Positions 25,071 to 40,897 of a stretch of 64,000 bases of DNA are shown piece after piece. Position 1 is the stretch's first letter, and each line of letters starts with the position of its first letter. This DNA comes from Eledone cirrhosa. Lineage: Eukaryota. The stretch lies in the NCBI GenBank assembly GCA_964016885.1, contig OZ024755.1, positions 12,958,001-13,022,000 of the forward strand. Reading direction: 5' to 3'. Under the pieces are notes generated by a model that did no database searches, was not told the DNA's origin, and worked only from the letters and a program-made list of their open reading frames with translations. Made by a program: the position numbers and the translations under genes.

Positions 25071-26463
25071 AGAGAATGTCTCTCTCTCTCCCTTCCAAGG
25101 AAAAGCAGAGGACGTAAAATGATGATGATATATGTGTGTTTCTCTCTCTCTCTCTCTGTATGTGTACCTCTCTCTAACTGTATATATAGTGCTGGTGAAA
25201 TAATAAAATGCACCTAGTTCATGCTAAAACGAGGTTGGTGTGAGGAAGGGCATTCAGCCAGAAAAATAAAGAACTATGCCAATATCATGAACAGCTCAAT
25301 TCACAATATAAACACATTAAAATAAGCAACATAGTCACATAGAACTTGGGATAATATCAGATGATTTGGTGTCAAAAGGGTTAATACTTGATTGCTTCTG
25401 TTCATGTAACATTAGTTTAATTAATAGTATACTTTGATAATTTTCTGGTAAAATTTTCTGATATAGACAAAGATCTTATCCAGGTGTGTTTATTTTTCAC
25501 TTACCTGGTAACATGAGACAAATGCTAAACACTGTCCTCTGAATTTCTTTTGGTCTTAGAAGCCATGATACTTTCATTTATTATTTTTTTTAAATTACAT
25601 AATGCATTATAGTAAAGTCATAGTGCTGGTGTCATGATAAATTGCACCCAGCCACACTGTAAAGTGATATTGCTTGTTGCCATGATGAAATGCACCCAGC
25701 CCTCACTGTAAAGAAATAGGCCAGGTGTCATGATAAAATACACACAGCTCACACTGTAAAATGGTAGGGATATTACCATGAAAAAAAAATGCACTTAATA
25801 CACCATGCAAGGTGGTTGGTGATGAGAAGGACATCCTATTATAGAAACCATAACAAAAAGGGTTGAGAGGGCTCTTTAGCTGTGTCAAAGGCACGACAAC
25901 CTACAACAATAAACGCACACAGTACACTCTGTAAAGTGGTTGGTGATAGGAAAGGAACACAGCTGTAGAAAATTTGCCAAACAAAAGATCAGAAGGACTC
26001 TTCAGCTGTGTCAAAGCTGTGATAATTACCCTAGTCCTGGCTTGACAATAAACTGCACTTGGTAGAGCGAGGAGATCGTATGTAAGCAAGATGCAGGTTC
26101 CCAGCCTTTCAGTGCAATCAATAGACTGTGGGAACATATTTAAGTGAGATGTAGGCTCTTGACCCATCTGAGATCAATAGCTTTGCTTCTGTATTAACTG
26201 GTCTCTCATAACCCTTCAAACTTTTGCTAACAGGGAAAATGGACGTTAAACAATGATGATGAACACACACATGCTTTTTTTTTTTTGTTTCTTCCTCTTC
26301 TTACTCTTCTCCATCTCTTTATTTCTTCTTTATTTCTGTCTCTTTATTTCTATCTTCTAATGAAGGACTAGTGCCATTAAGACTCTTCCCTACTATATCA
26401 AGCATTAAACTAATACTTATCTTCATTGTACTGTATCATTTGTTGTATTTTTTTCCATTTACT

Positions 26464-26546
<83 letters not shown>

Positions 26547-26653
26547 GGAAGGCATGTGGCCTAATGGTTAGGGTGTTGGACTTACGACCATGTGGGTTCA
26601 GTTCTTAGGCCAGTCAGCATGTTGTGTTCTTGAACAAGACACTTCAGTTCACA

Positions 26654-26869
26654 TTGCTTTCTATGATAGGAGGTCAGCTAAGCCTGGATTTGCTTTCTAT
26701 GATAGGAGGTCAGCTAAGCCTGGATTTGCTTTCTATGATAGGAGGTCGGCTAAGCCTGGAATTGCTTTCTATGATAGGAGGTCAGCTAAGCCTGGATTTG
26801 CTTTTTATGATAGGAGGTCGGCTAAGCCTGGAATTGCTTTCTATGATAGGAGGTTGGCTAAGCCTGGAT
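26654..26869. repeat. 36-bp minisatellite x6 fused to a SINE head (26547-26658)
   Basis: ttgctttctatgataggaggtc(a/g)gctaagcctgga(t/a). Confidence 0.95.
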
Positions 26870-27109
26870 ATGTGTGAGCTGTAAATTTGATTTTTTTTTC
26901 CGTTACTAATCATGTGTGTTTGTGTAAAATATCAGATAAGTACTGAGGTTAATTTAATCAACTTCTCTCACCTCCTCCAAAGTTGTTGGCGTTGTGTCAA
27001 TGTTTGATTTCTAGTAAATTGCATCAAATGCAATTTAATTGTATTGCTTACTTATTAATCACTTTCACTGAAGGCTATAATTGTAGATTAACAAAATGAC
27101 ATAAACTAT

Positions 27110-27281
27110 ACCCTAACCCTAACCCCAAACTCCAACCATAATCTCTTGACCCTAAATCCTAATCCCAAACCTTAACCATACACCTTAACTTTAAACTCTA
27201 ACCCAAAACCCTAACCAATAAACTTTTAAACCTAGCTCTAAAGTCTAACATTCAACTTTAACCCCTAGCTCAAAACCCTAA
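27110..27281. repeat. Degenerate interstitial (CCCTAA)n-like tract
   Basis: ccctaaccctaacccc...ccctaaatcctaatccc...accctaacc. Confidence 0.7.
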
Positions 27282-28216
27282 TTCAGTTAAAGTGATCAAT
27301 AGAACAGCCTGCTCGTGAAATTAGCTTGCAAGTGATTGATCATTCCACAGACACGGGTACCTGGAACGTAATTCTCAGGGAGATTCAGTATGACACTGTG
27401 TGAGAAGGTTGGGACATTGGATTACATAACACACTTAGTCACGCACACACACACACACACACACTGTTGCTTCGATTGTATTGCCCGGAAATAAAATACC
27501 CAATAAAGAAGAATGTCTGTCCTCTCAGCTTGCAATGTTGTCGGAAAATAAAAATATGTAATTGAAGTCTCATTTTCTATTATTAATAGTAACATTCTAT
27601 GCCTTCGCCCAATAAAATGATTTTATTAATAAAGTCTGTCATGCCCCCCCCCCCTCTCTCTCTCTCTCTCACTCACACATATTCATCCATTGTATTCATA
27701 TGATGGGTGTGTTTGTACTCAATCATTCGCGTGCACTCCTTTTATATATATATTCTGACTGAATATCTGAATAGTTATGCATATGGGTGTGTGTGTGCGT
27801 GGTTCCTTTTTGTATCTCTGTATGCATGCATAACACTATTATGCGATATGGGTGTGTGTGAGTGTCTTGTGTACATGAAGCTATGCTCACCATCATCATC
27901 ATCATCATCATCATCATCATATGCATTCATATTCACACACACACATAGTATATGTATTATAACTAAGATATCACTAAGACACACTCACACACACAAATTC
28001 ATACACACACACCTTTTCCTACATACTCATAGTATATGTATTAGCTAGGATACCACTAACACACACGCTGACACACATTTTATATGTATATATATATATG
28101 TGTATATATATATGTATGAAATTAGAAATTATAAGCTTTCACCGTATTTTAGACTAAAGAAATTTCTAGCCTGATAGTGGGGTTTATAACCCTCAGAGAA
28201 ATGGAAAAAGATGAGT

Positions 28217-30495
<2,279 letters not shown>

Positions 30496-30889
30496 ACAGT
30501 ACAATAATTGCTTAAGACACACATGTATTGGAGCTGTATGTGTATGTTTGTATAGTTTGGGGGTGTGTAATCCTGTGTGGTTGTAAGTCTAGCTGTGTAG
30601 TGGGAAGGTGTATAGCTGTGTGGTGGGTGTATATATGTTAGTGTGGTGGGATGTGTATTTTTGTATAGTGTGGGAGGTGTATGTGTGAGAACTATGAAAT
30701 GGACCTCCATCAGTTTCGACAATGAGTACCCCAATTGTTCAAACAATGGAAAGGCATGCTCACGTATTTAATGTGTAAATGGCTGAGTATTCCACACACA
30801 CTCACCATTAATGTCATTCACAGAGAGATTCGACATGACACTGTATGATAAAGTTGGTCTTTTCAATTAGAAGTACAGCCCATTCTGAC

Positions 30890-31170
30890 AGGCTTCCATA
30901 CAGTTTCTGTCAACTCAGTTTTATTGACAAGGCATGGGTCGACCTGAGACTATAGTAAATAACACTTGTCGAGGAAAAAAAGCACCCAACACTCACTGTA
31001 AAGGAGGTTGGTGTTAAGAAGGGCATCCAGCTGTAGAAATCAAGCCAGAATCAGTTCCTGTCCCACCCTTGCAAGCAGGGAAAAGTGAACATAAAATGAA
31101 AATGATGATTTGGATGCCATGCAGTGGGATTGAACCTAAGACCTAATGATTACAAAATGAGCTCCTTAAT
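30890..31170 (-). mobile_element. CORE-like SINE family C interrupted by a family A 3' piece (about 30973-31110, +)
   Basis: Homologous to 37345-37450, 41185-41340 and 47515-47640(+); the two halves flank the A tail. Confidence 0.65.
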
Positions 31171-31317
31171 TACCGTATTTGAAGACACTACCTTTTTCCT
31201 AAAATAAGTCTCAAAAATCTACCATGCGTTTCTGGAGGCCAAAGGTTGTTTATTATTTTTTTTCAAATATTTGGTTGTCAAAATTAGGGTGCATCCTCGA
31301 GGTCAGGAAATATAGTA
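31171..31317. mobile_element. Tc1/pogo-like MITE relic
   Basis: taccgtattt ... aaatatagta terminal inverted repeats. Confidence 0.45.
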
Positions 31318-31737
31318 TATGGTCAGGCCTGTGTCCCTATGGTATCACAAACATTAATTTCATAGACTGTAGAGTGTGAGAACGAAAATATGTGAGCTAT
31401 GACTCCAAACCTGTCTGAAACTTGGCCTGTGATGACCCATCCAATCCTTGCTAATAGGGAAGACAGGTGATAAATGATGAGGATGATCATATGTACAGGT
31501 AGGGCATTAGTTGTAAACTTCCTCTCTGTTCCTCTCTGATGATTAAATATATTCTTGTCTTCAATTGAAAAATCTCTTGATTTTTGTGAACATAGTACCA
31601 ATTATTAATTGTATTCACATGCCTATTGTTGCTACATTTTTATTACTGCATTAATTAACAACCCACACAATGTAGTGTTTAATTAAGAAACATGACAAAT
31701 AAATGGATGTAAAAATTACTAATTGTTTTAACACAGA

Positions 31738-31775
<38 letters not shown>

Positions 31776-32139
31776 AATAATAATAATTCTGATTGTTCTT
31801 CTTGTAAGTAACTTCCCTTCTTAGACTTCAGTTTTATGTTGCTAGACAAAGCATATATAAAGTCATGCTAAGTTGCTCTAACCTTTTACATTAGCATATT
31901 TTTAATAAAAGACACCACATGTGTGTTTTGACAAACTGAGTTCAAATCCCACTGAGGCCAATTTTGCATATCATCCTTCCAGGGTTAATAAAATAAAGTA
32001 CCAGTCAAATATTGGGTTGATAGAATCGATTTTCTTTCCCTACCCCCCTACCCCCCCCCCCCCCCGAATTGTCAGCCTTGTGCCAATTCTAGAAAGAATT
32101 ATTTATCTTCTGTTTGGAACATAACTTAACAAAGGTTCA

Positions 32140-32315
32140 AAGGGTCGATCAGAGTGACAGAGTGGACACCAAGAAAATGGACAAGATCAAAAGGATGTCT
32201 AAGGACAAGATGGCAAGACGATCTTACCAACAACCTGAGACCCTCAAGGCCAAGACTGACAAGGGACAGAAGTCTGTCGAAGGAGTCTGGGGAGCGGTTC
32301 CTCCTTTGTGAGTGA
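32140..32315 (+). mobile_element. RTE-clade LINE C-terminal relic (third family)
   Basis: A frame not shown in the track reads IRVTEWTPRKWTRSKGCLRTRWQDDL...RLTRDRSL..ESGERFLL*, a typical RTE ORF end. Confidence 0.7.
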
Positions 32316-32623
32316 TTTCAAGACCCTGGATCAAGAGATATGACCACACTAAGCTATAACAATTTATGTTTCCACCCATGAGTGTGCAGGCTCATTTTCT
32401 CTTGTCATGCTTCAGCAGTTGAATTAACCCATGTAATACCCTATTTCTAATGAAAGACATTGCCTATGATTTTCATAGGGCACACATTAAAGGTACAGGT
32501 GTCTGTGGAATGCTCAGCCACTTACATACATTAATTTCTGGTACAGCCTTTTTCATTGATCGAATCAACAGGAACAGTCATTATTGAAACTGATAGTGCC
32601 ATTGCATGTGTGTGTGTGTGTGT

Positions 32624-32677
<54 letters not shown>

Positions 32678-33234
32678 TGTGTTGGTAAGTTTGGAGGTCA
32701 GTGCAATGCCCATGGCCTTCAAAAGTCTTCTGAGTCTGGAGAGATCAATACCAATACCATTGATATTCTGTTTAAAATGTGTATCAAACTAACTGGAACA
32801 CTCATTGTTGGAACTAACAAAGATCCAACACATTATATTACTATTGTATTAAAGTAAGTAGTGTCTCATAATCAGACTTAACTCCAGCTTCATCAATTAA
32901 AGGATAATCCTTTAATCACAACCTCTTAGGCATCAGATAATAATGTCTCTCTACTTAATTATTCCAGTACCAGACTAACTATATCATTAACATGTCTCTT
33001 CCTCATAAATTTTGGACAATAATAAAATGTAAAAAAAATAAAAAATAATAATTAAACATAATTTACAGCTCACAACAATGTAGGTCTAGCTGGTTTCCTA
33101 CGAGGTTGTATCTCATGGGAGTTTTCTTGAATGTTTTAACAATAGGGCTTCCACTGCTATCATACATGCATATGGATGTTGTTGTTATAGCTTACACCTA
33201 TGCAGGTGCAACTGGATTCCTATTTGGTTGCATT

Positions 33235-33775
33235 CCATGAGCGGGCTGAGAACCAAACCTTGATGTACACCTACTTGTATCTGGAATTCCTCACTAAACT
33301 CCATTCCTACTCTCACTTTACTGACAGCACCCCTGTACATAGCTTGCACTGTCCTCACAAGCCGTTCCTCTACACTTAGTTTCCTTAGGGACCACCAGAT
33401 GACAGATCAGGGTACCCTATCAAAGGCCTTCTCTAGGTCAGCAAAAGCTAAGTATAGTGGCTTATACTTCTCTAAGACCCTCTCTTGTAGTTGCCTCACT
33501 AAGAAAGAGGGCATCTGTTGTACTTTTCCGAGGCACAAAACCAAACTGCATCTCATCTAATTTGACCCTTTCTCTAATCAGTTGCGCTAATATTCTCTCT
33601 GCCACTTTCATAACCTGATCCATCAGCTTTATGCCCCTATAATTGCTCCTCTCTAGAGCACCCCCTTTACCTTTGTAGCAATTTATGAGAATACTGCTGC
33701 ACCAGTCTTTGGGTATGACACCACCATATATAGCTTGATTGATGATGAGTGCAACCAGTTTAGTGCCTATGATCA
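33235..33775 (-). mobile_element. RTE LINE RT fragment, same family as 5146-6447
   Basis: IPKDW..S.LINCYKGKG.ALERSNYRGIKL...LDEMQFGFVP.KSTTDA; overlaps 6205-6447 in sequence. Confidence 0.92.
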
Positions 33776-34779
33776 AATAGTCCAGTATTGTTGCTGATAA
33801 TAGTTTCTAATTTAGGCACAAGGTCAGCAATTTTTAGGTGTAGTACAAAGTCTATTATATTTATTTTATTGACCTCAGTGGGATCTTTGGTGGGATTTGA
33901 ACTCAGAACGTAAAGAGCTGTAAATAAATGCCACAAAGAAGTTTGTTTGATACTATAATGATTCCACCAATCCATGTTAAAAGAAATGGAGTGAGATGAT
34001 TGGGTTATATGTTGAGGAAGGATGCCAGTGACTAGGTGAGAGGAATAGAGCCAGTGATGTATGTTGTGAAAAGAAATGGAATGAGAGGGTTGGATCATGT
34101 GTTGAGGTAGGCTGAAAGTGATTGGGTGGGAGGAATAGAGCCAGTGATGAATGTTGTGTAGAGAAATGGAGTGAGATGGTTGTGTTGCATGTTGAGAAAG
34201 GATGAAAGTGACAGGGTAAGATGAGTGATGGAAATGAATGTGGAAGGTGATAGAGAAAAAGGAAGATCACAAAAGATATAGCTAAAGATAGTGTAGGAAA
34301 AAATGAAAGCCAGGCAGTTGATGAAAGGAGATGCAGATGATAGGGAAATATGGAGAGGCTTATCATGGAGTTTGCACAACTAACTCCTACTTCAGCAAGG
34401 AAGTCGGCCTTAAAATGCTTGTTGTTTCTTGTCAATTGCAAATGACTGATACCAGTAAAAAAAAAATAGACTGAATAAAGGAAATAAAAATCAAAGAATG
34501 CCAAACCAGCATTTGACCCTATTAAAGACTGTTAAACACACATGAAAACAATAATGGCAAAGCTGACACAATGAATTTCGTTGAGTCACCAAATTTCAAT
34601 GTTACTGTTCAGGAGTTATTCTGATTTGGATCAGTGATCATTTCCTTAACCCTTTCATGACACTGTGTTTCTGATGAAATACATTCTATTAAAATTAATG
34701 AAGAATGTTGTGGGATTTACTAAAATTATTTCATCATCATTACTAAGATAGTAATTTAACACATGGTTCTTATATTTGA

Positions 34780-35200
34780 TGGAGTTGGGCCGCTGACAGT
34801 GCAGTTCTTGTCATCACTGGTGGCTTGCATTACTGAGGTGTCAGGTGATGCCTGTGAGGGTGCCTGGTTGTTTCAGCGCCTTAGCCTCACCATCACCCGT
34901 GGTAATGCTGCGAGCGTATTGGCTTGCCTCAAAATATTCCGTTGATCCTTATGATGTGTGGCCAATTGTCGCAATTAGTGGTGAATTGATGGTCGTTTTG
35001 TTTTTTTGTCCCCCACCCCCTTTATTTTTATTTTTCTCACTCTGGCAAATATTTTGGTTCATTGTATTTGTGAGATTCCTAGCAATAGTTAATTGTATTT
35101 GTTATATGCGTTTATACTTGTGTTTATATTTTCATTCTAAAAGAATTGTGAGCAATCTGTAATGTTATTTATGTATATATTTAAAACTTAATAAAATAAT
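34780..35200 (+). mobile_element. CRE-like (RLE-endonuclease) non-LTR retrotransposon 3' end with UTR
   Basis: GVGP...FL..L...I.EVSGD..EGAWLFQRLSLTITRGNAASVL resembles the FQRLS.A.QRGNAASV terminus of CRE-clade ORFs; ends atttaaaacttaataaaa. Confidence 0.7.
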
Positions 35201-37002
35201 TTATTTACTATAAATTGTTGGAAGATTTTAATTTAGATAGAAACCTTTTAAAATGGGTGCTTTAGTTTTGTAGAACCAGAGCCAGTTTTGGCAAGGATGG
35301 TATCAAAAGGGTTAATGATGAATTTTGAGGGATTTACTAAAATTATTAAATATTTTATTGTTTGTATGGACCAGTAACTCCAGATGGAGTTGTAACATTT
35401 TAAACCTGGTGAAGCCCATCCCTTCTCTACATCTGAACACAGCCGGTTTCTTCCAGGGGAGAGCAAGTAATAGAGAGAAAGTGAGAAAAAGATATAGTGG
35501 AAAAATCGACCCCAGTACTAGACTGTTACTTTTTTTATCGACCTCAAAAAGACGAAAGGCAAAGTTGATCTTTGGTACTTTTTTTTTATCAACCTTAAAA
35601 AAATGAAAGGCAAATGAAAGGCAAAGTTGATCTTAGCAGGATTTGAGCTCTAAGAGGTCATAGGGTTGGCATCAATACCACATAGTTTTGTTCTATCTGA
35701 TATTTTAATGACTCTGACAATTCAATATCTGTAATTAGTATTACTAAGGTAATAACTTAACATATGGTTCTTATGTAAAAATAGGAACCCATCAAAATAG
35801 GCAGTTTTATTTTATAGAACCAGAGCCAGTTTGGCTGGGTTGGTAGCACATGTCTTTAAGTATATCTAACAATGGTGCTTTAATGTGTGTGAAGAAAAGC
35901 AATTGTGGAATGTTGATGTTTTGTTTGCTTTTTCAATTAAAGTGCAAAAATTTGTTAGAAGTTTTTTATTTTCTGTTTTTGTGATATTAATCTGTTGATT
36001 GCAACAGTGGTCATTGACAATATCTTTTTTTCAATGAAAGCCTGACTAAAATTGTATATAAGGTACAGCTACTGATATGTGATGTAGTTGTCAGTGAAGG
36101 CACATTGCTATATGGTATATGAGCCAGTGCAGACGTTTCTTGTTGTATATGTGTCAATGTAGGTGTGGCTGTGTAGTTAAAGTTACAGTCTTTGCATGGT
36201 TAAAGACTTTGCATTATATCCCAGTGGTTTCAGGTTCGGTCTCACTGCATTTCTTATTTTTTATTTCAAATCTGGTACTTATAGGAGAAGGCAACTCAGG
36301 AAACTGGGATAACTCCGATATAAAACCTGCAGCTCAGTAGCTACCTATGATGTTGATCTTTTCTTCTTTTCGGGTTATAGCTACTGTCGCTCAGAGAGTG
36401 GGATTGGCTCAGTGCACAGTCTTTCCTCACTTAAAAAAAAATGTCTTCACGCACAGGCATTGCACGATAGAATTAATTAATAATTATTAATAATGGTATA
36501 TCGTGCAATGGCCATACTCGATAACAAGGGAGCAGCCATCATATATATATATAATACTAATACAACAACCTATCACTTAGAGCTTTCTCTTTCTCTTTTC
36601 TCTTTTCTTTTTTCTTCTCTTTCTCTTTTTCTTGTTTTCTTATTTTCCTCTTAGAGTTTGCTCTTTTTTCTCTTTTTTCTCTTTTTTCTCTTTTTTCTCT
36701 TTTTCTCTTTCTTTTCTTTCCCTTTCTCCATACCCCAACGGCTTATTTTAAATCTACTTTGATTTTAAAATATCCGACACTAATTTGCATAATAGTATAA
36801 ATAAATTTATAACCCCACTCTCCGGGAGCTTCCAACAGAAATGGTCGCATTCTTTAAGGGTATGTCAATATCTATTTATAAAACTGATCTATATTATATT
36901 TTATCTGATGAAAGCACACCATAATTTAACTTGGTGTCCTTGAAATATGTATAATGAAATAAATATGGTTTTATAAATATAGTTTCCATTTGTTAATATA
37001 TC

Positions 37003-37051
<49 letters not shown>

Positions 37052-37171
37052 TATACACATATATATATGTAGTTGACTAAATACACTCGGATTTTTCTCA
37101 AAATGTTTTGTTTCTCTTCCTTCCTCTTCTCCCTTTCTATCTTTCTATTTCCTCTTTTATTTCTCATTCTA

Positions 37172-37208
37172 TCTTCTGATGAAGGACTAGGTGTCTGAAA
37201 CAGAAAGA
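37172..37208 (+). ncRNA. Degenerate hammerhead motif, same family as 24215-24250
   Basis: tctt-CTGATGA-aggactaggtgtct-GAAA-cag-aaaga, followed by the same roughly 90-bp tail ending at (CA)n. Confidence 0.5.
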
Positions 37209-38649
37209 CCCTTTTCCTACTATATCAAGCATTAAACTAATATCTTTCTTCATCATACTATATCGTTCCCCTTTGTTGTTTCTGTTTACTTTTTGCACAC
37301 ACACACACATATATATTCATGTGCACACACATATACACAGACCTACAACAGTCTTCGAAAGTTTCCATCTACTATATTTCACTCACAAGGTATTGGCCAG
37401 AGGGACTGAACCCCAAAGCAAACCCTTTAACCATGCAGCCATGTCTGTGCCTTGGATCAAAATTAATGCCATTTCTCATTTAGTCCCTTATTTATCCCAA
37501 ACTCCTCACTCTAACATATGTATGTCTTTATATACCTGTAACTCCTGATGAAGTCGTAGGGGTGCTGTTGTGGCATACAGCATGTTTTGGGGATTTTAAA
37601 CCTGTCGGAGCCCATCACTTCTCTACATCTGAACACAGATGATTTCTTCCAAAGAAGGGAAGTAAGAAAAAGATATATAGAGGAAGAATCGACCACAGTA
37701 TTGGACTGGAACTTTTTTATCAACCTCAAAAAGATGATCTTGGTGAGTTTTGAACTTGGAGCGCAAAGAGCTGGAACAAATACTGCAAAACATTCTATCT
37801 TCCAGTCTAATGCCTATGCCAATTTGTCACCCTACATCTAACATATATCTATTTACAAATACAGTGAGAGAATTCAGCTGTTAAGAATGGTTTCTCTCAC
37901 CAATTCTACTTATAATACTTGTTACTCCTTCCTTCACTTAGTATCACACTTATAACCCATCATAATGTTAAGATGTCCTTTTAAAACTTCAAGAGTTTCT
38001 CACAAGTCTGTGCAATGACTTAACTAACTGTTGGTGTCATTTTATAAGCATTGTCAATACGATGGAAGTATTTGAGACTACCACACCACTATCACTACCA
38101 TAATTACCACTACCACTACTACTACTACTACCTCCATTATTGCTACTACTACTACTACTACTAACGATATTCCCACAATCAGTCGAATGACTTAATATTT
38201 TAGGTATAAATTAACCCTTTCTTTACCATATTTCTAATGAAAGACACTTTGGTTTTCAAATAATTTTGAAATAATAATATAACATTATTATGCTGGTGTT
38301 TGGTTCTTATATAAAATAATGATTGGAGGTTTTTAAATATAAACAGTTTAAAATGTTTTGCAAAATAGAGCCATGTGTGGTTTGTGTATATAAAAAATGG
38401 TGTGTGGGTATATACTGTATCATCAGCATCATCATCATTGTTTAACGTCTATCTTCCACGCTAGCATGGGTTAGATGGGAATTGTTCCATTTGAGGCAAG
38501 ATTGGTCACGTGACCATGTCTCGCTCTTATAGGACTATCTGGCAGGTTTTCTATGACTGGATGCCTTTCCTAACATCAACCACATTTACAGTGTAGACTG
38601 GGAGCTTTTTACCGTGTTACCTACATGACCACATTACAGCATGGACTAT

Positions 38650-39098
38650 TCGTACATAAGTTGAGAATATTTGACAAAAAGTCGATGGTAAAATGGGGCT
38701 CAGTTTATATTTGAGGTTAATATTTTGCTGATTTTCACCAACTTCAAAATTCTATGTAAATGAGGTGCTAAAATATTTTCACTGTGGAGGTGAATATTAT
38801 TTCACTTTTGACATGAAATTCATATTTCCTATTGTTTTTATATGTTTTGAATGAATATGGTCTTCAAAACGGTCAGAAATTGATAAAATATCATTACGTA
38901 AACAACACTTAAAACATTTTAAATATCAAAATATTAAATTTCATGAGAATTTCAAAACTGCACCATCTGAACATAATGTGTTGATTACCTACCTCAGCAT
39001 ATAAATCTGGTTTGGATTTTTGCCTATTTCTCAGACATAAAAGGGTGGAAGTGATTGATTTATATTTGGATCAGCTTATATTCAAGTATATATGGTAT
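38650..39098. mobile_element. Tc1/pogo-like non-autonomous DNA transposon relic
   Basis: Right end cagcttatattcaagtatatatggta; left end interrupted by a SINE relic at 38420-38625. Confidence 0.4.
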
Positions 39099-39585
39099 AT
39101 ATGTGTGTATGTGTGAGTAACATATATGTAACACTACACATTTTGTTTTCATTGATACACAATACAGCATTCTTACATGTTAGTTAAATTGTTTGAAGGA
39201 CAAAGGATATTGAACTGTTAGAGAAATAAAAGAAATATTTCAACAAATACTATAAAAAAAGTGTTGAATTATAAAATCTAGTTCCAATGACATGGAAAAA
39301 ATGAGTGCAAAGTAGCAAATAGACACAGACCACTGGAGTTGATTAAAAAATGAATGGCTATGAAAAGTGTTCTCTATATTCACTTCTTTTGGTGAAGAAA
39401 AAAATGAAATTTACAGTTCATACCTAAGCAGGTTTAACTGGCCTCCTACAACGGTGCTCCTATGAGAAGCAACCATCTCCAATTGATCTGGCTGGATTCC
39501 CCAGGCAAAACCAACTGAGCTCATGGATGTTATCCAACCATATTGATTGTGATCTACCTCAGGGTCTCCTAATGGTTAGGGTTAA

Positions 39586-39806
39586 CCCTTTAGCATTTAC
39601 ATTACTCTATACATACTATTGTATTTTCATGGTAAACACTTTATTTAACATAATTATCTCACATAATATCGAATGTACGAGATTTTGATATTATTTATTT
39701 TGACAACAATACCTTAACATTAGTATGAGCAGCCAGTTACAGCTGGTTTGAACAGAAAGAGGTGCGAGAATTTTGGCCGGATATGGCCAGTTTAAATGCT
39801 AAAGGG
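39586..39806. mobile_element. piggyBac-like MITE (family P1)
   Basis: TTAA|CCCTTTAGCATTTA ... TAAATGCTAAAGGG|TTAA: perfect 14-bp TIR with TTAA TSD. Confidence 0.88.
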
Positions 39807-40730
39807 TTAACTCATAATTACCTGTTCAACATAAAACTACATTAGCAAAACATTCTTGAGAAGCACCAAACAGTGCTTTGACTGCATCGCATTAAAAATT
39901 AAAGTGTTTACTTTAGTTTACTGCTAATTTTCACCGATCTGTATGCCTGTAAAGATAATATAAACATTTGAATTAACAAGCCTCTTTTTTAGACATTTTC
40001 TGTTAAATCATCACAGGATGTTAAGAGTTAACAAAGACTATTACATAAAACTATGATGAAAGGGTTTTAGATAAATACTAGACCACCCATGACCCCATGA
40101 TCCAATGGTATTCTAGTCGTTACCTAAGTAGGATCTCTCCCTGTCTGTCTTTAACTTGACTGCACTAAGGCTTTTCGGAAATGAAACACAATGGTAAGCG
40201 GGCTAGCAATCTGATTGGTTATTACAGAGCTATTGGCTATTTAAAAGGTACCCGGAAAAACCCCCATATCTCAAGAACCCGTGCTCCAATTTACGCAAAA
40301 CTTGTTTTATTCCATTTGTATTCCCATTTCAGGGGCAACTTCCTTTCAAAGTATTTCCCATTCAGCGCCTTTTTGGCTGTATTAAATTACAGAGAAGCAC
40401 ACAATCACAGAGTTTTAGTAATATATAGATAAACGCTTTAAAATTAACAGCTTTGTGTCATAGAACCTGTGCCAGTTTCAGGCTGTTTAGTAATAAAAGT
40501 GTTTAAAACTTGTGTAAACCCACAATGTTGTTGTTTTAGCGTTGAATTGCTAATGATCCTGATAACTTCATATAAATCGTTTTTTCCTTAAAATAACTGT
40601 AAATTGATCTTTCCTATAATAATATATAAACGCCTATTCTATTTTATTTCCATGGTAACCAGTGGTTAGAAATCTTATACTCAAGCATACACTGATCGAG
40701 TGGGATGGGTTTGTTCATTTATTTATTATA

Positions 40731-40830
40731 CAGGGTGTCCCAAAAAATGTATACACACTTCAACAGCATTCTAATAAATATTGCCTGTACAGGTAATCAA
40801 AGTGTGTATACATTTTGGGAGGATACCCTG
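40731..40830. mobile_element. Tc1/mariner-like MITE
   Basis: ta|CAGGGTGTCC..aaaatgtatacacactt ... aagtgtgtatacatttt..ggataccctg; deleted copy at 20563-20633. Confidence 0.75.
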
Positions 40831-40835
40831 GATAT

Positions 40836-40897
<62 letters not shown>

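Noticed and set aside
37545-37570. CTGATGA as a further hammerhead
   Set aside because: No stem II closure or GAAA downstream
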